A stretch of 37,348 bases of DNA from Bdellovibrionales bacterium (GCA_031416685.1 JANOUF010000321.1:1-37348), one strand, 5' to 3'; counted from the stretch's first letter, positions 18,282 through 27,666 are shown. Program-made: numbers and translations. The notes: generated by a model from the sequence alone, not told the origin.

Positions 18282-19415
18282 TTAAGTTGTCCTCGGGTCT
18301 CTTTGTGTTCCGCGCGGTGTCTGCACCCCGATATCAGCAGGCAATGGCGCCTTTTCTCCGGTCGCTTTTCCGGTCGATGGTTCGCCTTCTTCAGTAAAGG
18401 CATAAACCATCACCAACTGCTCGAGTACAGGCGCGATAAACAGACCTGGGAAACCAAACAAGGTAACCCCGCCTATCAACGTAAGAATGGAAATTGCTGG
18501 ATTGCTCTTTGCTGCACGCGAGAAAAGCCATGCTCGCAATATATTGTCAGATATACCTACGATTACGCTCGTCACCAGCATTATAATTCCGGACGAAGTC
18601 TCGCCTTGCATAAACGCAAGAATCATCAATGCGACCGGAACTGCGCCTGCTCCAATAACCGGAATCATCGCAAGCAAGAACGCCGTTGCAAAAATCATCA
18701 CGAGTTGGCCATAACCCGCAATCATAGCACCGACGACAACAAGTGCCGCTTGCATTGCCGCAGTAAGAAGAACGGAACCTAGAGCTAGGCCACAGATTCT
18801 CTCGAAGCGCTGAAAGTGTTCTTTACCTGCTGTCCCTAAGCCAAGCGCGAAAGTCATGTTCACCCATAGCCGCGGCTGAATCACTAAAAACGCTCCGAAC
18901 GAAATAATAAACATCGCGAGGTTAATTAAAATTAAGGGCGCGTTTGTTACGAACCATTGCGCGCTGACCAGTGAAATATTTTTCAATGAATTAACGAGAC
19001 CAGAAACAGACCGATCTAGTTTTTCCTGCAATCGAAACGAACGTAAATATTCATTCGAGTTTGCCCACTGCACGATTTGGTCGCGCTTCTCGCTGATCTT
19101 ATCGTTAAAAGAACCGAGCATTTCTTTGTTTTCGAAGAGTTCGTAAAGTTGCGAGTAAATTTGCAATGCGATCACTGCAATGAACGCGACAAAAAGCGTG
19201 AGCGTAAGAGCAAAGGTGAGATATGCGATTCGGCTTCGTCGCGCATGAAACCGTTGGCGAAGCGAATTCATCATGGGAGCACAGGCCGCCGCAAACAAAA
19301 ATCCAAGCAACACAGCCTGCCAGAATGGAAGGAATAGCAACATGTAAAGCGCAATGAGGACGAAGACCATGATTTGAGTCTTTCGCGGGTTCCATTCCAT
19401 CAACTGCTTTTGCAT
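18282..19415 (-). CDS. AI-2E family (PerM/UPF0118) transporter
   Basis: ATG at 19415 follows AGGAGAG. Motifs AMIPVIGA, SDNILRA and GGVTLFGFPGLFIAP. Confidence 0.9.
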   Translation of the reverse strand: MQKQLMEWNPRKTQIMVFVLIALYMLLFLPFWQAVLLGFLFAAACAPMMNSLRQRFHARRSRIAYLTFALTLTLFVAFIAVIALQIYSQLYELFENKEMLGSFNDKISEKRDQIVQWANSNEYLRSFRLQEKLDRSVSGLVNSLKNISLVSAQWFVTNAPLILINLAMFIISFGAFLVIQPRLWVNMTFALGLGTAGKEHFQRFERICGLALGSVLLTAAMQAALVVVGAMIAGYGQLVMIFATAFLLAMIPVIGAGAVPVALMILAFMQGETSSGIIMLVTSVIVGISDNILRAWLFSRAAKSNPAISILTLIGGVTLFGFPGLFIAPVLEQLVMVYAFTEEGEPSTGKATGEKAPLPADIGVQTPRGTQRDPRTT

Positions 19416-19676
19416 ACTCTCTCCTCGTAAACCCAACTATTTTGCTTCAGTGGGTCGTAGGTTTTCCAGCACCGTTCGAGGATGCAGCGAAAAACACACA
19501 GCCTCAACGGGAAAGGTCAGAATCCCTCAAAGAGATCGGCAAAAATCAGGGTCGTTTCGCGCCTGGAACGATTATTGCCCTAAGAATCCAATATGGAGTC
19601 GTTTTGTATCTTGGCGCATGAAGGCGCACCATGCTAACACGACAATACGAGATCAATTTACACCAGGAGAAAAGAC

Positions 19677-21089
19677 GTGAGTTCAACGAATGCGAATGTG
19701 GTCGTCGACATGCCTGTAACAGGCGGAACCGATGCCTTTCACAAGAAAACTTGGTTCGGTCATCCAGTGGGCCTATTCGTTCTGTTCTTCACAGAAATGT
19801 GGGAACGGTTTTCATTCTACGGAATGCGCGCCTTGCTCATTCTCTATATGTCGAAGTACTTGATCGATGCGACTGCACAAGGTCTTCACGTTATCGGCTT
19901 CGATGCTGTACGCGGATTCTTTGAAGGCATGTACGGCCCTCTCACCACTGCACAACTTGCCTCCCACATCTTCGGCAATTACGTAGGCTTTGTCTACTTC
20001 ACGCCGTTCTTCGGTGGAATCATTGCCGATCGTTGGCTTGGCCAACGAAAAGCTGTTTGGGTCGGTGGTTTCTTCTTCATCCTTGGTCACTTTATGATGG
20101 CATTCGAGTCGATGCTTTTCATCGCACTCGGGCTCTTGTGTATTGGTAACGGTTTCTTCAAGCCGAATATCTCAACACAAGTTGGAGCGTTGTATCCTCC
20201 AGGCGATGCTCGCCGCGATTCAGCTTTCACAACTTTCTATCTCGGCATCAACTTAGGTGCTTTGCTTGCTCCACTCGTCTGCGGAACTCTCGGCGAAAAA
20301 GTGGGATGGCACTACGGCTTCACAGCTGCCGGCGTTGGTATGTGTATTGGTATGCTCGTTTACCTCTGGGGACAGAAGTATCTAGCGCCTGACCACAAAC
20401 AACTTCAACTGGCTGGCAAAGCGAAGAAAGATGAACCTCTCACAAGAAAAGAATGGTTTGCGGCACTCGCACTCACAGGAATTTGCGTGCTCAACATTGT
20501 CTTCTGGGCAGTGTACGAGCAACAAGGTAACTCCATGCAGTTGTTCGCAACCGATAAAGTGGATTGGACATTGTTCGGTTGGACAATGCCATCGACTTGG
20601 TTCCAATCACTCAACCCTGCGTTCATTCTTCTTTTGATCCCGGTACTCAACATTTGGTGGGCGTACCGAGCAACTAAAGGAAAACAGACAAGCAGTGTTT
20701 CAAAGATGGCGTTCGGGTCAATCGTACTTGGTCTTTCATTCCTAGTTCTGATTTACGCATTGAGTGGCAATCAGGCTGAAAAGATCCACTTCGTATGGCC
20801 AGTCATCATGATCTTCGTACTTACTATCGGTGAGATCTACGTCTCTCCAATCGGTCTCTCGCTCGTAACGAAGGTTGCACCAGTGAAGATCGTTGGAATG
20901 ATGATGGGTATGTGGTTCATGTCGAGCTTCGCGGGAGGCATCTTGTCGGGCCAAATCGGCGCGATGTACAACGAAGCCAATCCGATTCCGTTCTTCTACA
21001 TCCTCACCGGTTTAGGCATTGCAACGGGCGTCGCAATTTGGGCATTCAGTAAGCCTCTACAAAAAGGTATTGGCGTAAAAGATATCTAA
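19677..21089 (+). CDS. POT/PTR family proton-dependent oligopeptide transporter (MFS)
   Basis: EMWERFSFYG (ExxERFxY), GGIIADRWLG, GNGFFKPNIST and FYLGINLGA. Confidence 0.95.
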   Translation: MSSTNANVVVDMPVTGGTDAFHKKTWFGHPVGLFVLFFTEMWERFSFYGMRALLILYMSKYLIDATAQGLHVIGFDAVRGFFEGMYGPLTTAQLASHIFGNYVGFVYFTPFFGGIIADRWLGQRKAVWVGGFFFILGHFMMAFESMLFIALGLLCIGNGFFKPNISTQVGALYPPGDARRDSAFTTFYLGINLGALLAPLVCGTLGEKVGWHYGFTAAGVGMCIGMLVYLWGQKYLAPDHKQLQLAGKAKKDEPLTRKEWFAALALTGICVLNIVFWAVYEQQGNSMQLFATDKVDWTLFGWTMPSTWFQSLNPAFILLLIPVLNIWWAYRATKGKQTSSVSKMAFGSIVLGLSFLVLIYALSGNQAEKIHFVWPVIMIFVLTIGEIYVSPIGLSLVTKVAPVKIVGMMMGMWFMSSFAGGILSGQIGAMYNEANPIPFFYILTGLGIATGVAIWAFSKPLQKGIGVKDI

Positions 21090-21110
21090 TTAGAGAAAAT
21101 CAGTTCGATG

Positions 21111-21140
21111 AAAAAAGGCTCCGCAAGGGGCCTTTTTCTT
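21111..21140. terminator. Bidirectional intrinsic terminator
   Basis: aaaaaaggctcc-gcaa-ggggccttttt between convergent genes. Confidence 0.85.
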
Positions 21141-21156
21141 TGGTGTGACATGAAGT

Positions 21157-21348
21157 TCAATACGCCAGTTGGTAGTCGAAGCTGACTAACTGTCCGCTAC
21201 GCACTTCGAAAGAAATTTGGATCGGATGACAGCAGACCTCGCAATCCTCAACATACTGATGCGTGCCGTCTTCCGATAAATCCAAAAGCATCGAGATGCG
21301 CTCTAAGCACGACGGGCATTTGAACTTCTTTTCGATTTCCATCTCCAT
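21157..21348 (-). CDS. CPXCG-motif small cysteine-rich protein (start at 21342, 21348 or 21360)
   Basis: CPSC...LLDLS...QYVEDCEVCCHPI. Confidence 0.85.
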   Translation of the reverse strand: MEMEIEKKFKCPSCLERISMLLDLSEDGTHQYVEDCEVCCHPIQISFEVRSGQLVSFDYQLAY

Positions 21349-21400
21349 GAACCCTGTCATAATGAACTTCAGTCATATAAAAATTAATTTGGGGAGCCAA

Positions 21401-21955
21401 ATGGATTTCACTAAACTAGAGTGGCGCGCCATTATCAAATTTTGGTTCGAAGAAATTGAGACTGAAAAGTGGTTCGTTAAAGACCCTGAATTCGATCAAT
21501 TGCTGCGTGATCGTTTTGGTAAACTCCACGAGCGCGCCTCTCGCTCAGAACTTTTTCGTTGGCGCGAACACCTCGAAGGCCGTTTGGCCGAGATCATTGT
21601 ACTCGATCAATTCTCTAGGAACATGTTTCGCGGAGAAGCTAAGGCATTCGCCCAAGATCCGCTCGCACTAGCTCTCGCGCAGGAAGCAATTCGTGATTCT
21701 GAGCACAAATCTATGTCAGACTCGAAACGATCGTTTCTCTACATGCCGTTCATGCATTCAGAATCATCGATCATTCATGAAAAAGCAGTCGAACTCTTCT
21801 CGCAACCGGGTTTAGAACTCAGTCTCAAATACGAACTCATGCACAAAAAGATTATCGATCGCTTCAATCGCTATCCCCATCGCAACGAAATTCTCGGGCG
21901 AAAATCGTCACCGGAAGAGGTCGATTTTCTCAAGGAAAGCGACTCGTCATTTTAA
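21401..21955 (+). CDS. DUF924 family protein
   Basis: ATG at 21401 follows GGGGAG. Motifs IIVLDQFSRNMFRG, FLYMPFMHSE and RFNRYPHRNEILGR. Confidence 0.92.
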   Translation: MDFTKLEWRAIIKFWFEEIETEKWFVKDPEFDQLLRDRFGKLHERASRSELFRWREHLEGRLAEIIVLDQFSRNMFRGEAKAFAQDPLALALAQEAIRDSEHKSMSDSKRSFLYMPFMHSESSIIHEKAVELFSQPGLELSLKYELMHKKIIDRFNRYPHRNEILGRKSSPEEVDFLKESDSSF

Positions 21956-22042
21956 AAGTCTCACTCTGAAAAACTGTTTCATTTAGGCGCGATTCACCTT
22001 GGGACTCGGGTGTGCTACCCGAGATTCCGATAAGACTAAGGT

Positions 22043-22795
22043 ATGGAACGTAGAAAGAGACCGAGTACGACGCCTGGGTGGAAGCCTGAGCTAGTTGCAG
22101 TTTCGCTTACGGCGCTTGTTTTGGTCATGATGTTTCAAAACATGTCGTTTGTTGAGTTCGTGAAACTCAATATTTCGCCCGTCAGCGAGACGGCGCGCCG
22201 TCAGCATTCTATGGAATTGCTAGGCGATCGTTACAATGGCAGCCCTGCCCAAAAAATTGAGAGTCAGAGCTATCTTAATTATTTCGTGCTGCGTGAAGTG
22301 AAGCGCTCGTTACGCTCCGAATGGAAAGAATACGTTCCGACTCTCGTGCAAGTGATCATCGAAGAAAGTCAAAAGTACGATTTAGATCCTATTTTTGTGC
22401 TCGCGATTATTCAGACGGAAAGTAACTTTAATCCCAATACGGTTGGTACCTCTGGCGAAATCGGCCTGATGCAGATTCTGCCAAAGACAGGTGAATGGAT
22501 CGCAAAGAAATATGACCTGCCCTGGTCAGGAAGTTCCATACTCTACAATCCGATCGTGAACGTGAAAGTCGGCATTCGCTACTTTGCACTCTTGCGAAAA
22601 AAATTCGACAGCTCAGCTTATCTTTATCTGCCGGCGTACAACATGGGTCCGCTCAATGTTATGCGCTTAAATCGCGACCTTGCGAGCGCCGATGAGACCG
22701 GCAACCGCATCAAGTTTATATACAGCGCAAAAGTAATGTCGAACTACGATGCCATTTACAAAAGACTTGGCGCCTACACCGGATTGGAACTCTAA
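22043..22795 (+). CDS. Lytic transglycosylase (SLT domain), membrane anchored
   Basis: IIQTESNFNP, GEIGLMQI, AYNMGP and an N-terminal TM helix. Confidence 0.92.
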   Translation: MERRKRPSTTPGWKPELVAVSLTALVLVMMFQNMSFVEFVKLNISPVSETARRQHSMELLGDRYNGSPAQKIESQSYLNYFVLREVKRSLRSEWKEYVPTLVQVIIEESQKYDLDPIFVLAIIQTESNFNPNTVGTSGEIGLMQILPKTGEWIAKKYDLPWSGSSILYNPIVNVKVGIRYFALLRKKFDSSAYLYLPAYNMGPLNVMRLNRDLASADETGNRIKFIYSAKVMSNYDAIYKRLGAYTGLEL

Positions 22796-22800
22796 AAAAC

Positions 22801-22830
22801 AAAAGGCGCCACTCTTCAGGCGCCTCTCTT
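22801..22830. terminator. Intrinsic terminator between convergent genes
   Basis: aggcgcc-actcttca-ggcgcct with flanking A and T tracts. Confidence 0.7.
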
Positions 22831-22857
22831 TAGAGTAGATTAAATTTAAAATCCAAC

Positions 22858-23550
22858 TTATTTTTTTGGCGGCTTCACTCCGAAGAGCTCGATTTCAAAA
22901 ACTAAAGTTGATCCCGGCGGAATGCGAGGGTGAACTTGGTCGCCGTACGCAAGTGCTGCTGGGAGTGCAACTTCCCATTTAGAACCTACAGGCATCATTG
23001 CTAGAACTTGCTGCCAACCAGGAATCACTGTTTTCAAATTCAAATCAACGGGATTTGGCTGAGTACGAGAGCTATCAAACTCAGTTCCGTCGATGAGTTT
23101 ACCTGAGTAGTGAACTGTCACCACGTCATCGGCTTTCGGCTTAGCGCCTTTACCTTCAGTCAAAACTTTGAAGTGAACACCACTTGGTAAAAACTTAACG
23201 CCTTCTTTTGAGCGATAGTCGAGCAACCACTTCTCGCCCACTTCGCGATTTGATTTTGCTTTCTCAACAATCTGTAGATCGAATTTCTTTTGGTGCTCAA
23301 CGAGCGCTGTTCGCATCTCTTCTTCTGTGAGGCGCGATTTTTTGTTCTTCAAAACATCCTCAGCACCTTTAAGGAATTCAGGAATGTCGACTTCCACTTG
23401 TTGACGCTTTAAATTCATCGCGTATTCGTGACCAAGTGTATAGCTGAAGTTATCTCCAGAGCCACCGCCCTTTGATTTTTTCAAAAGAACTGCTGCCACA
23501 CCCACCACAACAAGAACCGCTACTACTACAACAATCTTTTTGTTACCCAT
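22858..23550 (-). CDS. FKBP-type peptidyl-prolyl isomerase (FkpA/Mip-like, with N-terminal dimerisation domain)
   Basis: FSYTLG, VTVHYSGKLIDGTEFDSS, VIPGW, LAYG and IPPGSTLVFEIEL. Confidence 0.95.
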   Translation of the reverse strand: MGNKKIVVVVAVLVVVGVAAVLLKKSKGGGSGDNFSYTLGHEYAMNLKRQQVEVDIPEFLKGAEDVLKNKKSRLTEEEMRTALVEHQKKFDLQIVEKAKSNREVGEKWLLDYRSKEGVKFLPSGVHFKVLTEGKGAKPKADDVVTVHYSGKLIDGTEFDSSRTQPNPVDLNLKTVIPGWQQVLAMMPVGSKWEVALPAALAYGDQVHPRIPPGSTLVFEIELFGVKPPKK

Positions 23551-23974
23551 GTTCATCTCACGCTGTTGGTTAAATTGGTTTACGACCATCTCAATCGTAA
23601 AGGTGCGATTAAGAGCTGTCTATGATACTGCGGCTCGTACAGACGTACGTTGTGCGCCATGCGAGCCTCCATAGAGAAAACCTCGACTTGCGTCGTGGTA
23701 CTTCCCTGGCTCAAGCCGAGAGCTGTGACTGAAGTTCGCGATAGGCACGACAAATTTCCTACTCATTTTGAGGCTATCAAACTGAAACAGTTTATACACG
23801 GGGATAGTTTAAAGCGGTCTACGCGTCGACTTTGCATCAGATCGGAGCGCACCAAAAGAGTTACTGTCAGCGTTCCTTACGTTTTCTTAATGCTTAGTTG
23901 ATACTTCTTATGTCAGCCAATACAGAAAATTTGTTTGGTGGAGTTTTTTGGAGAGGGAGTCTTAATATTCATAA

Positions 23975-24000
23975 CTCAGTTTGAAACGTATCAAACTGAG
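23975..24000. promoter_or_regulatory. Palindrome made of two TCA-N3-TGA boxes, candidate operator
   Basis: CTCAGTTTGA-aacgta-TCAAACTGAG with perfect 10-bp arms. Confidence 0.5.
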
Positions 24001-24087
24001 CTTGTTTACTCAACTCGCATATTCTCTTTACGAGTAGACAAGATGATTCATTCTGATTCGGAGCTGAACAAATATTAATACGATCAT

Positions 24088-24114
24088 TACAGTTTCTTAA
24101 TAATCACCCGATAA
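24088..24114 (+). promoter_or_regulatory. Candidate sigma28 (FliA) promoter
   Basis: TACAGTTT-N11-CCCGATAA against the consensus TAAAGTTT-N11-GCCGATAA. Confidence 0.65.
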
Positions 24115-24157
24115 GTTTAATGTCGGGTTTACAGATAACGAATGAAAGAGGTTGGGT

Positions 24158-25045
24158 GTGAAAAAAGTAGTTCTTGGTTTAGCAGTAGTACTTGGAGCGC
24201 AAGTCGCATTAGCACAAGCAGCTCCACGTATCGCATACACTAAAGTGACAGCTTTAAGAAAAGGCTATGACCGTAAGGTATACGTAGCAAACGCAGACGG
24301 CTCAAACGCTTCAGTCGTATACAGTACTTCATCTTTAATTGGTGACGTTGAACTCTCACCAAATCATGACAAGGTTTTTATTATAGATGATAAATCTTTG
24401 CGCGTTCTCTCGCTAAGCGTATCGGGTTCATCTGTGTCGGTGAGTGGCTCGATGATGCTCGATGACGGTTTGTCTGCTGACGGTATCGCGGCTTTTGGCG
24501 ACTGGTCTGCTGACGGAAATTCGATCCTCTATATAAATAACGGTCCGACCGGGATTTCAAAATTCAAAATTATCTCGGCTCTTGATGCTTCAGTAAGCTT
24601 CAGTTATTCGATCAATTCTAAAAACGTAGGCATTCCAAAATTCGTAGGCGCAAATAAAATCGCCTATATCGATTACTGCGCTACTTATTGCGTGAAACTA
24701 TTGACGCTAAATCTAGACGGCAGCGTAGCTTCTGATTCAGAAATTTATTCTGGCAGCGTTGAAACTATCGAGGCAGCTCGCACAAGCGAAACAGTTATTC
24801 TAAGTTCTGGCAATCAAGCAAGAGCGCTTGATGTGAACTCTCAAGCAGTCAGCTTGATTCACGCTAGCCCGACTACTCTGCAAGATGCCGTGTTGAACTC
24901 AAATGACTCAGCACTCTACTTCCGTCAGCAATCGAGCCTCAGAGGCAAAGTTAGCTACCAGTTAATGAAAAAAGACTTAGGTAGCGGAGTCGTTTCACAA
25001 ATATTGTCGTCGCCTGATCAGCTTCGCAACATCGACGCAGAATAG
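24158..25045 (+). CDS. Secreted TolB-like/beta-propeller protein
   Basis: GTG at 24158 follows GAGG. Signal peptide, RIAY...VYVANADGSN and WSADGNSILY. Confidence 0.75.
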   Translation: MKKVVLGLAVVLGAQVALAQAAPRIAYTKVTALRKGYDRKVYVANADGSNASVVYSTSSLIGDVELSPNHDKVFIIDDKSLRVLSLSVSGSSVSVSGSMMLDDGLSADGIAAFGDWSADGNSILYINNGPTGISKFKIISALDASVSFSYSINSKNVGIPKFVGANKIAYIDYCATYCVKLLTLNLDGSVASDSEIYSGSVETIEAARTSETVILSSGNQARALDVNSQAVSLIHASPTTLQDAVLNSNDSALYFRQQSSLRGKVSYQLMKKDLGSGVVSQILSSPDQLRNIDAE

Positions 25046-25067
25046 CTAATACTAGCAATTCAAAATG

Positions 25068-25097
25068 AAAAAAGCCGGCTCATAAAGCCGGCTTTTT
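25068..25097. terminator. Bidirectional intrinsic terminator
   Basis: aaaaagccggct-cataa-agccggcttttt. Confidence 0.9.
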
Positions 25098-25117
25098 ATT
25101 TTTCTTTTACTTAGGAT

Positions 25118-25774
25118 TTACATAAGGTCGCAAGTAGAGTGCGTGATTCCATTGATCGCGCATTCGCAACGGTCACGGCAGACAGCTTGTGTATTTGCAT
25201 TGCAATATTCGTTAATGCTTCCAGATCCGCAATATTGATTACCGCAAGTAGTCGCGCTGTTGGTTGCTACGGCCGCGCTTGAGTCGCCATCGCCCATGCA
25301 AACATCAAGCTTAGCCATTGTTGAGTTGTCACGTCCACCTGTTGGAGAACGAAGTACGCTGTTCACCCAGCCGTGATAAACCATTGCTTGATGAGCGCGC
25401 TCGCTTGGCGCAAAAACGTCACCCAAATTTTCGTTACTAGTTGAAGTCACTTGTTCTTCATCAGCCAAAATTTGGCGAGCAACATTCGCCGGTGGACACT
25501 GCGTGGAAGTCTGATGGCAGCACTTACTTCCGTTCATGACTGTACCCATTTGCGTCCAGCCACTTAAGCAACTGCCCGCTCTAATACTCCAAGTATGGCA
25601 GCTCTGCGCTTCACATTCGCATGTCGAACTATCGTTCTCGCAAGATTTTGCAGTGACACCAGAGTCAGCAGTTACAGTTGCTACACACCCAGTTATGTTT
25701 AGACATGTGTTCCAAGCTGCATTTGCCTCGCTCGCAGTTAAAACAAAAAACATTAAAGCTAAAATCGTCTTCAC
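25118..25774 (-). CDS. Secreted cysteine-rich protein (18 Cys)
   Basis: GTG at 25774 follows AGGAGGA. Signal peptide (..EANA) and two Cys clusters of 10 and 8. Confidence 0.8.
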   Translation of the reverse strand: MKTILALMFFVLTASEANAAWNTCLNITGCVATVTADSGVTAKSCENDSSTCECEAQSCHTWSIRAGSCLSGWTQMGTVMNGSKCCHQTSTQCPPANVARQILADEEQVTSTSNENLGDVFAPSERAHQAMVYHGWVNSVLRSPTGGRDNSTMAKLDVCMGDGDSSAAVATNSATTCGNQYCGSGSINEYCNANTQAVCRDRCECAINGITHSTCDLM

Positions 25775-25895
25775 CAAAATTCCTCCTGGAATAAATTGTC
25801 GGATGTATTAGTTAGCCAACGAAGTTTTTCGGTAAAGAACTCTTAAATCAAGTGAATAAATTGAATTCACCGAAAACTTCTGCACAGAAAAGCGC

Positions 25896-25932
25896 AAAAA
25901 AAAAGACCGACTCTTTTTTGGAGTCGGTCTTT
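25896..25932 (-). terminator. Intrinsic terminator for the 25978-27453 gene
   Basis: aaagaccgactc-ttttttg-gagtcggtcttt followed by a long U tract on the minus strand. Confidence 0.9.
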
Positions 25933-25977
25933 ACTCGTTTGGGAGAACGAGAACTAAAAAACTAAATCAAAAAAATA

Positions 25978-27453
25978 TCAACCGCACTTGCCGTCAGCTG
26001 GCGCAGTCGCTTGTGGCTTCGACGCTGGATCATTTGTCGGCTTACGTTTATCAGTTGGCGTAGTTTCAGTCGCTTTCACTTCTGTAGGTACGTAACCGAT
26101 CGTCGCTTTGTACTGTTCAGGTTCGTTCAATACATAGCGGTTTTGCCAGAGGTACGAAGGGCTGCCGCTGATACCGAGAGCTTTTCCATCAGCGATGTCT
26201 TTTGCCATGAGCTTTTTGCCCATTGGAAGATTCTTTTCAACTTGAACTGGATCAACTCCTGCTTGTGTAGCCGCTGGTTTCCAGTCTTCGCTGTTGTAAT
26301 CAGCATTACGGATCTCAAGATATTTCCAGAGTTTGTCAGGCCATAGTTTTTGAATCACGATCTGACGAATGTTTTCGTCGAGTTCTGGTTGGCCGTGAAG
26401 CGCTTTCCACTCAGTTTTACCATTCACTTTTTGTTCGCTAGCGATGTAACGAAGGTTAACTTTAACACCTTCTTTAACTAGCTTCTGCGCAGTCGCATTG
26501 ATGAAAGCAGTTTCTGCTTTTACACCGTATGGACATTGGCTCATCACCCACAAATCAAGAGTGTTTGGCGTCTCTTGGCCAGCAAGCTTGATTTCGGTAG
26601 TACCGCTCTTCATATCAAACTTTGAGTAGCCAGTTTTTGTCTTAGTTACGCGCTCAGCAGCGATAAGTTTGATGATCGCTGAGTTGCGAGCCGAAGATTT
26701 ATCGAAAATGTACGCTGGAATTGCGTTGATCTCTGCGTCTTTTAACAACTGCATTGCTTGCTTTGACTCAGGAGCAACAACTTGAACCGAAAGGTTCGGA
26801 ATCCAACGGAAAAATTCGCGCTCGAGGGCGATGTCACGCTTGCCGAAACCGTTGTCAGTTCCAACAACCCAAAGTTGTGTCGTCTCATATTTTCCGAGAT
26901 TTGCGATTTGCTTGTCTTTTGGAAGAAGCGTGTTCACTTCGTTTAACAATTGGCCCCACGCAAGTGGTCCTTGGTAGCGCATACCATTGATGAAAATTTC
27001 ACCGCGCTGAACGCTCTTCATATCTTGTAGCTTTTGAAGGTTCGCCAAAGTTTCTTTGCGAAGCTCTTTTTCTTTTTTCTTCATTGGCTTCATGTCGATG
27101 CCAACAACAGATGCGCAAGTGTGTGTCTCAGGATCGAAGTATACACACTGAAGCCACTGAGCGAGTTTTGTGCGCTCGTACTTCGCAACATAAGCTGTGC
27201 GCCAGAAAGTGTTTTCTTGGAACGTTTGATCTTTGTTAGCTGCGAAATATGGAGTCACTGTGAAAAGCTCTGGCTTGAATTGTTCAAGCTGAAGAACTTG
27301 CAGCGAGTACGCAATGTTCACTGCATCTGAGAACGGAGTGTAAACTTCGAAGTTTACTTTATCAGTAGCAGTTGGAGTTGTTGGAACCGTCGCTGGCTGT
27401 GTCGCCGCGAATGCACTTGCGCTCATCATAAGCGCCAAAAACATCGTCTTCAT
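25978..27453 (-). CDS. Secreted protein with a C-terminal thioredoxin/DsbA (GILT-like) domain
   Basis: LDLWVMSQCPYG, ALHGQPELDENIRQ and LGISGSPSY (cis-Pro loop), plus a signal peptide. Confidence 0.75.
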   Translation of the reverse strand: MKTMFLALMMSASAFAATQPATVPTTPTATDKVNFEVYTPFSDAVNIAYSLQVLQLEQFKPELFTVTPYFAANKDQTFQENTFWRTAYVAKYERTKLAQWLQCVYFDPETHTCASVVGIDMKPMKKKEKELRKETLANLQKLQDMKSVQRGEIFINGMRYQGPLAWGQLLNEVNTLLPKDKQIANLGKYETTQLWVVGTDNGFGKRDIALEREFFRWIPNLSVQVVAPESKQAMQLLKDAEINAIPAYIFDKSSARNSAIIKLIAAERVTKTKTGYSKFDMKSGTTEIKLAGQETPNTLDLWVMSQCPYGVKAETAFINATAQKLVKEGVKVNLRYIASEQKVNGKTEWKALHGQPELDENIRQIVIQKLWPDKLWKYLEIRNADYNSEDWKPAATQAGVDPVQVEKNLPMGKKLMAKDIADGKALGISGSPSYLWQNRYVLNEPEQYKATIGYVPTEVKATETTPTDKRKPTNDPASKPQATAPADGKCG

Positions 27454-27490
27454 GAAACCACCCTTTATGTTTTGTGGAATAGATTTTTAG

Positions 27491-27530
27491 TTGCGTGCAA
27501 AATTACGCAAAAGTTTCTTAACTCTGTCAA
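27491..27530 (-). promoter_or_regulatory. Candidate sigma70 promoter overlapped by a TTGCGT-N8-ACGCAA palindrome
   Basis: TTGACA on the minus strand at 27525-27530, an imperfect -10, and the inverted repeat at 27491-27510. Confidence 0.4.
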
Positions 27531-27631
27531 GAACACGAGTGCCTACTCGAAACTAATCTGTTTTAGATTATATAGCGGCGCAGCTTGCGGCTGAAATGAG
27601 CACAGATTGTGGAGATTGGCTTGCTGCGCAA

Positions 27632-27656
27632 CAAAAAGGTGCGTGTCACCTTTTTG
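27632..27656 (-). terminator. Weak terminator-like hairpin after the FG-GAP gene
   Basis: caaaaaggtg-cgtgt-cacctttttg, 10 nt past the stop at 27667. Confidence 0.5.
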
Positions 27657-27666
27657 CGGGAATGGG

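Noticed and set aside
21263-21400. N-terminal extension of the DUF924 ORF
   Set aside because: It overlaps the divergent CPXCG gene; the ATG at 21401 has a proper RBS.
22005-22034. Sigma28 promoter for the SLT gene (TCCGATAA)
   Set aside because: It has a -10 match only; the -35 position is taken by a CTCGGGT/ACCCGAG hairpin with no TAAA-like element.
23650-23901. 83-aa ORF as a real gene
   Set aside because: TTG start, no RBS and no recognisable domain.
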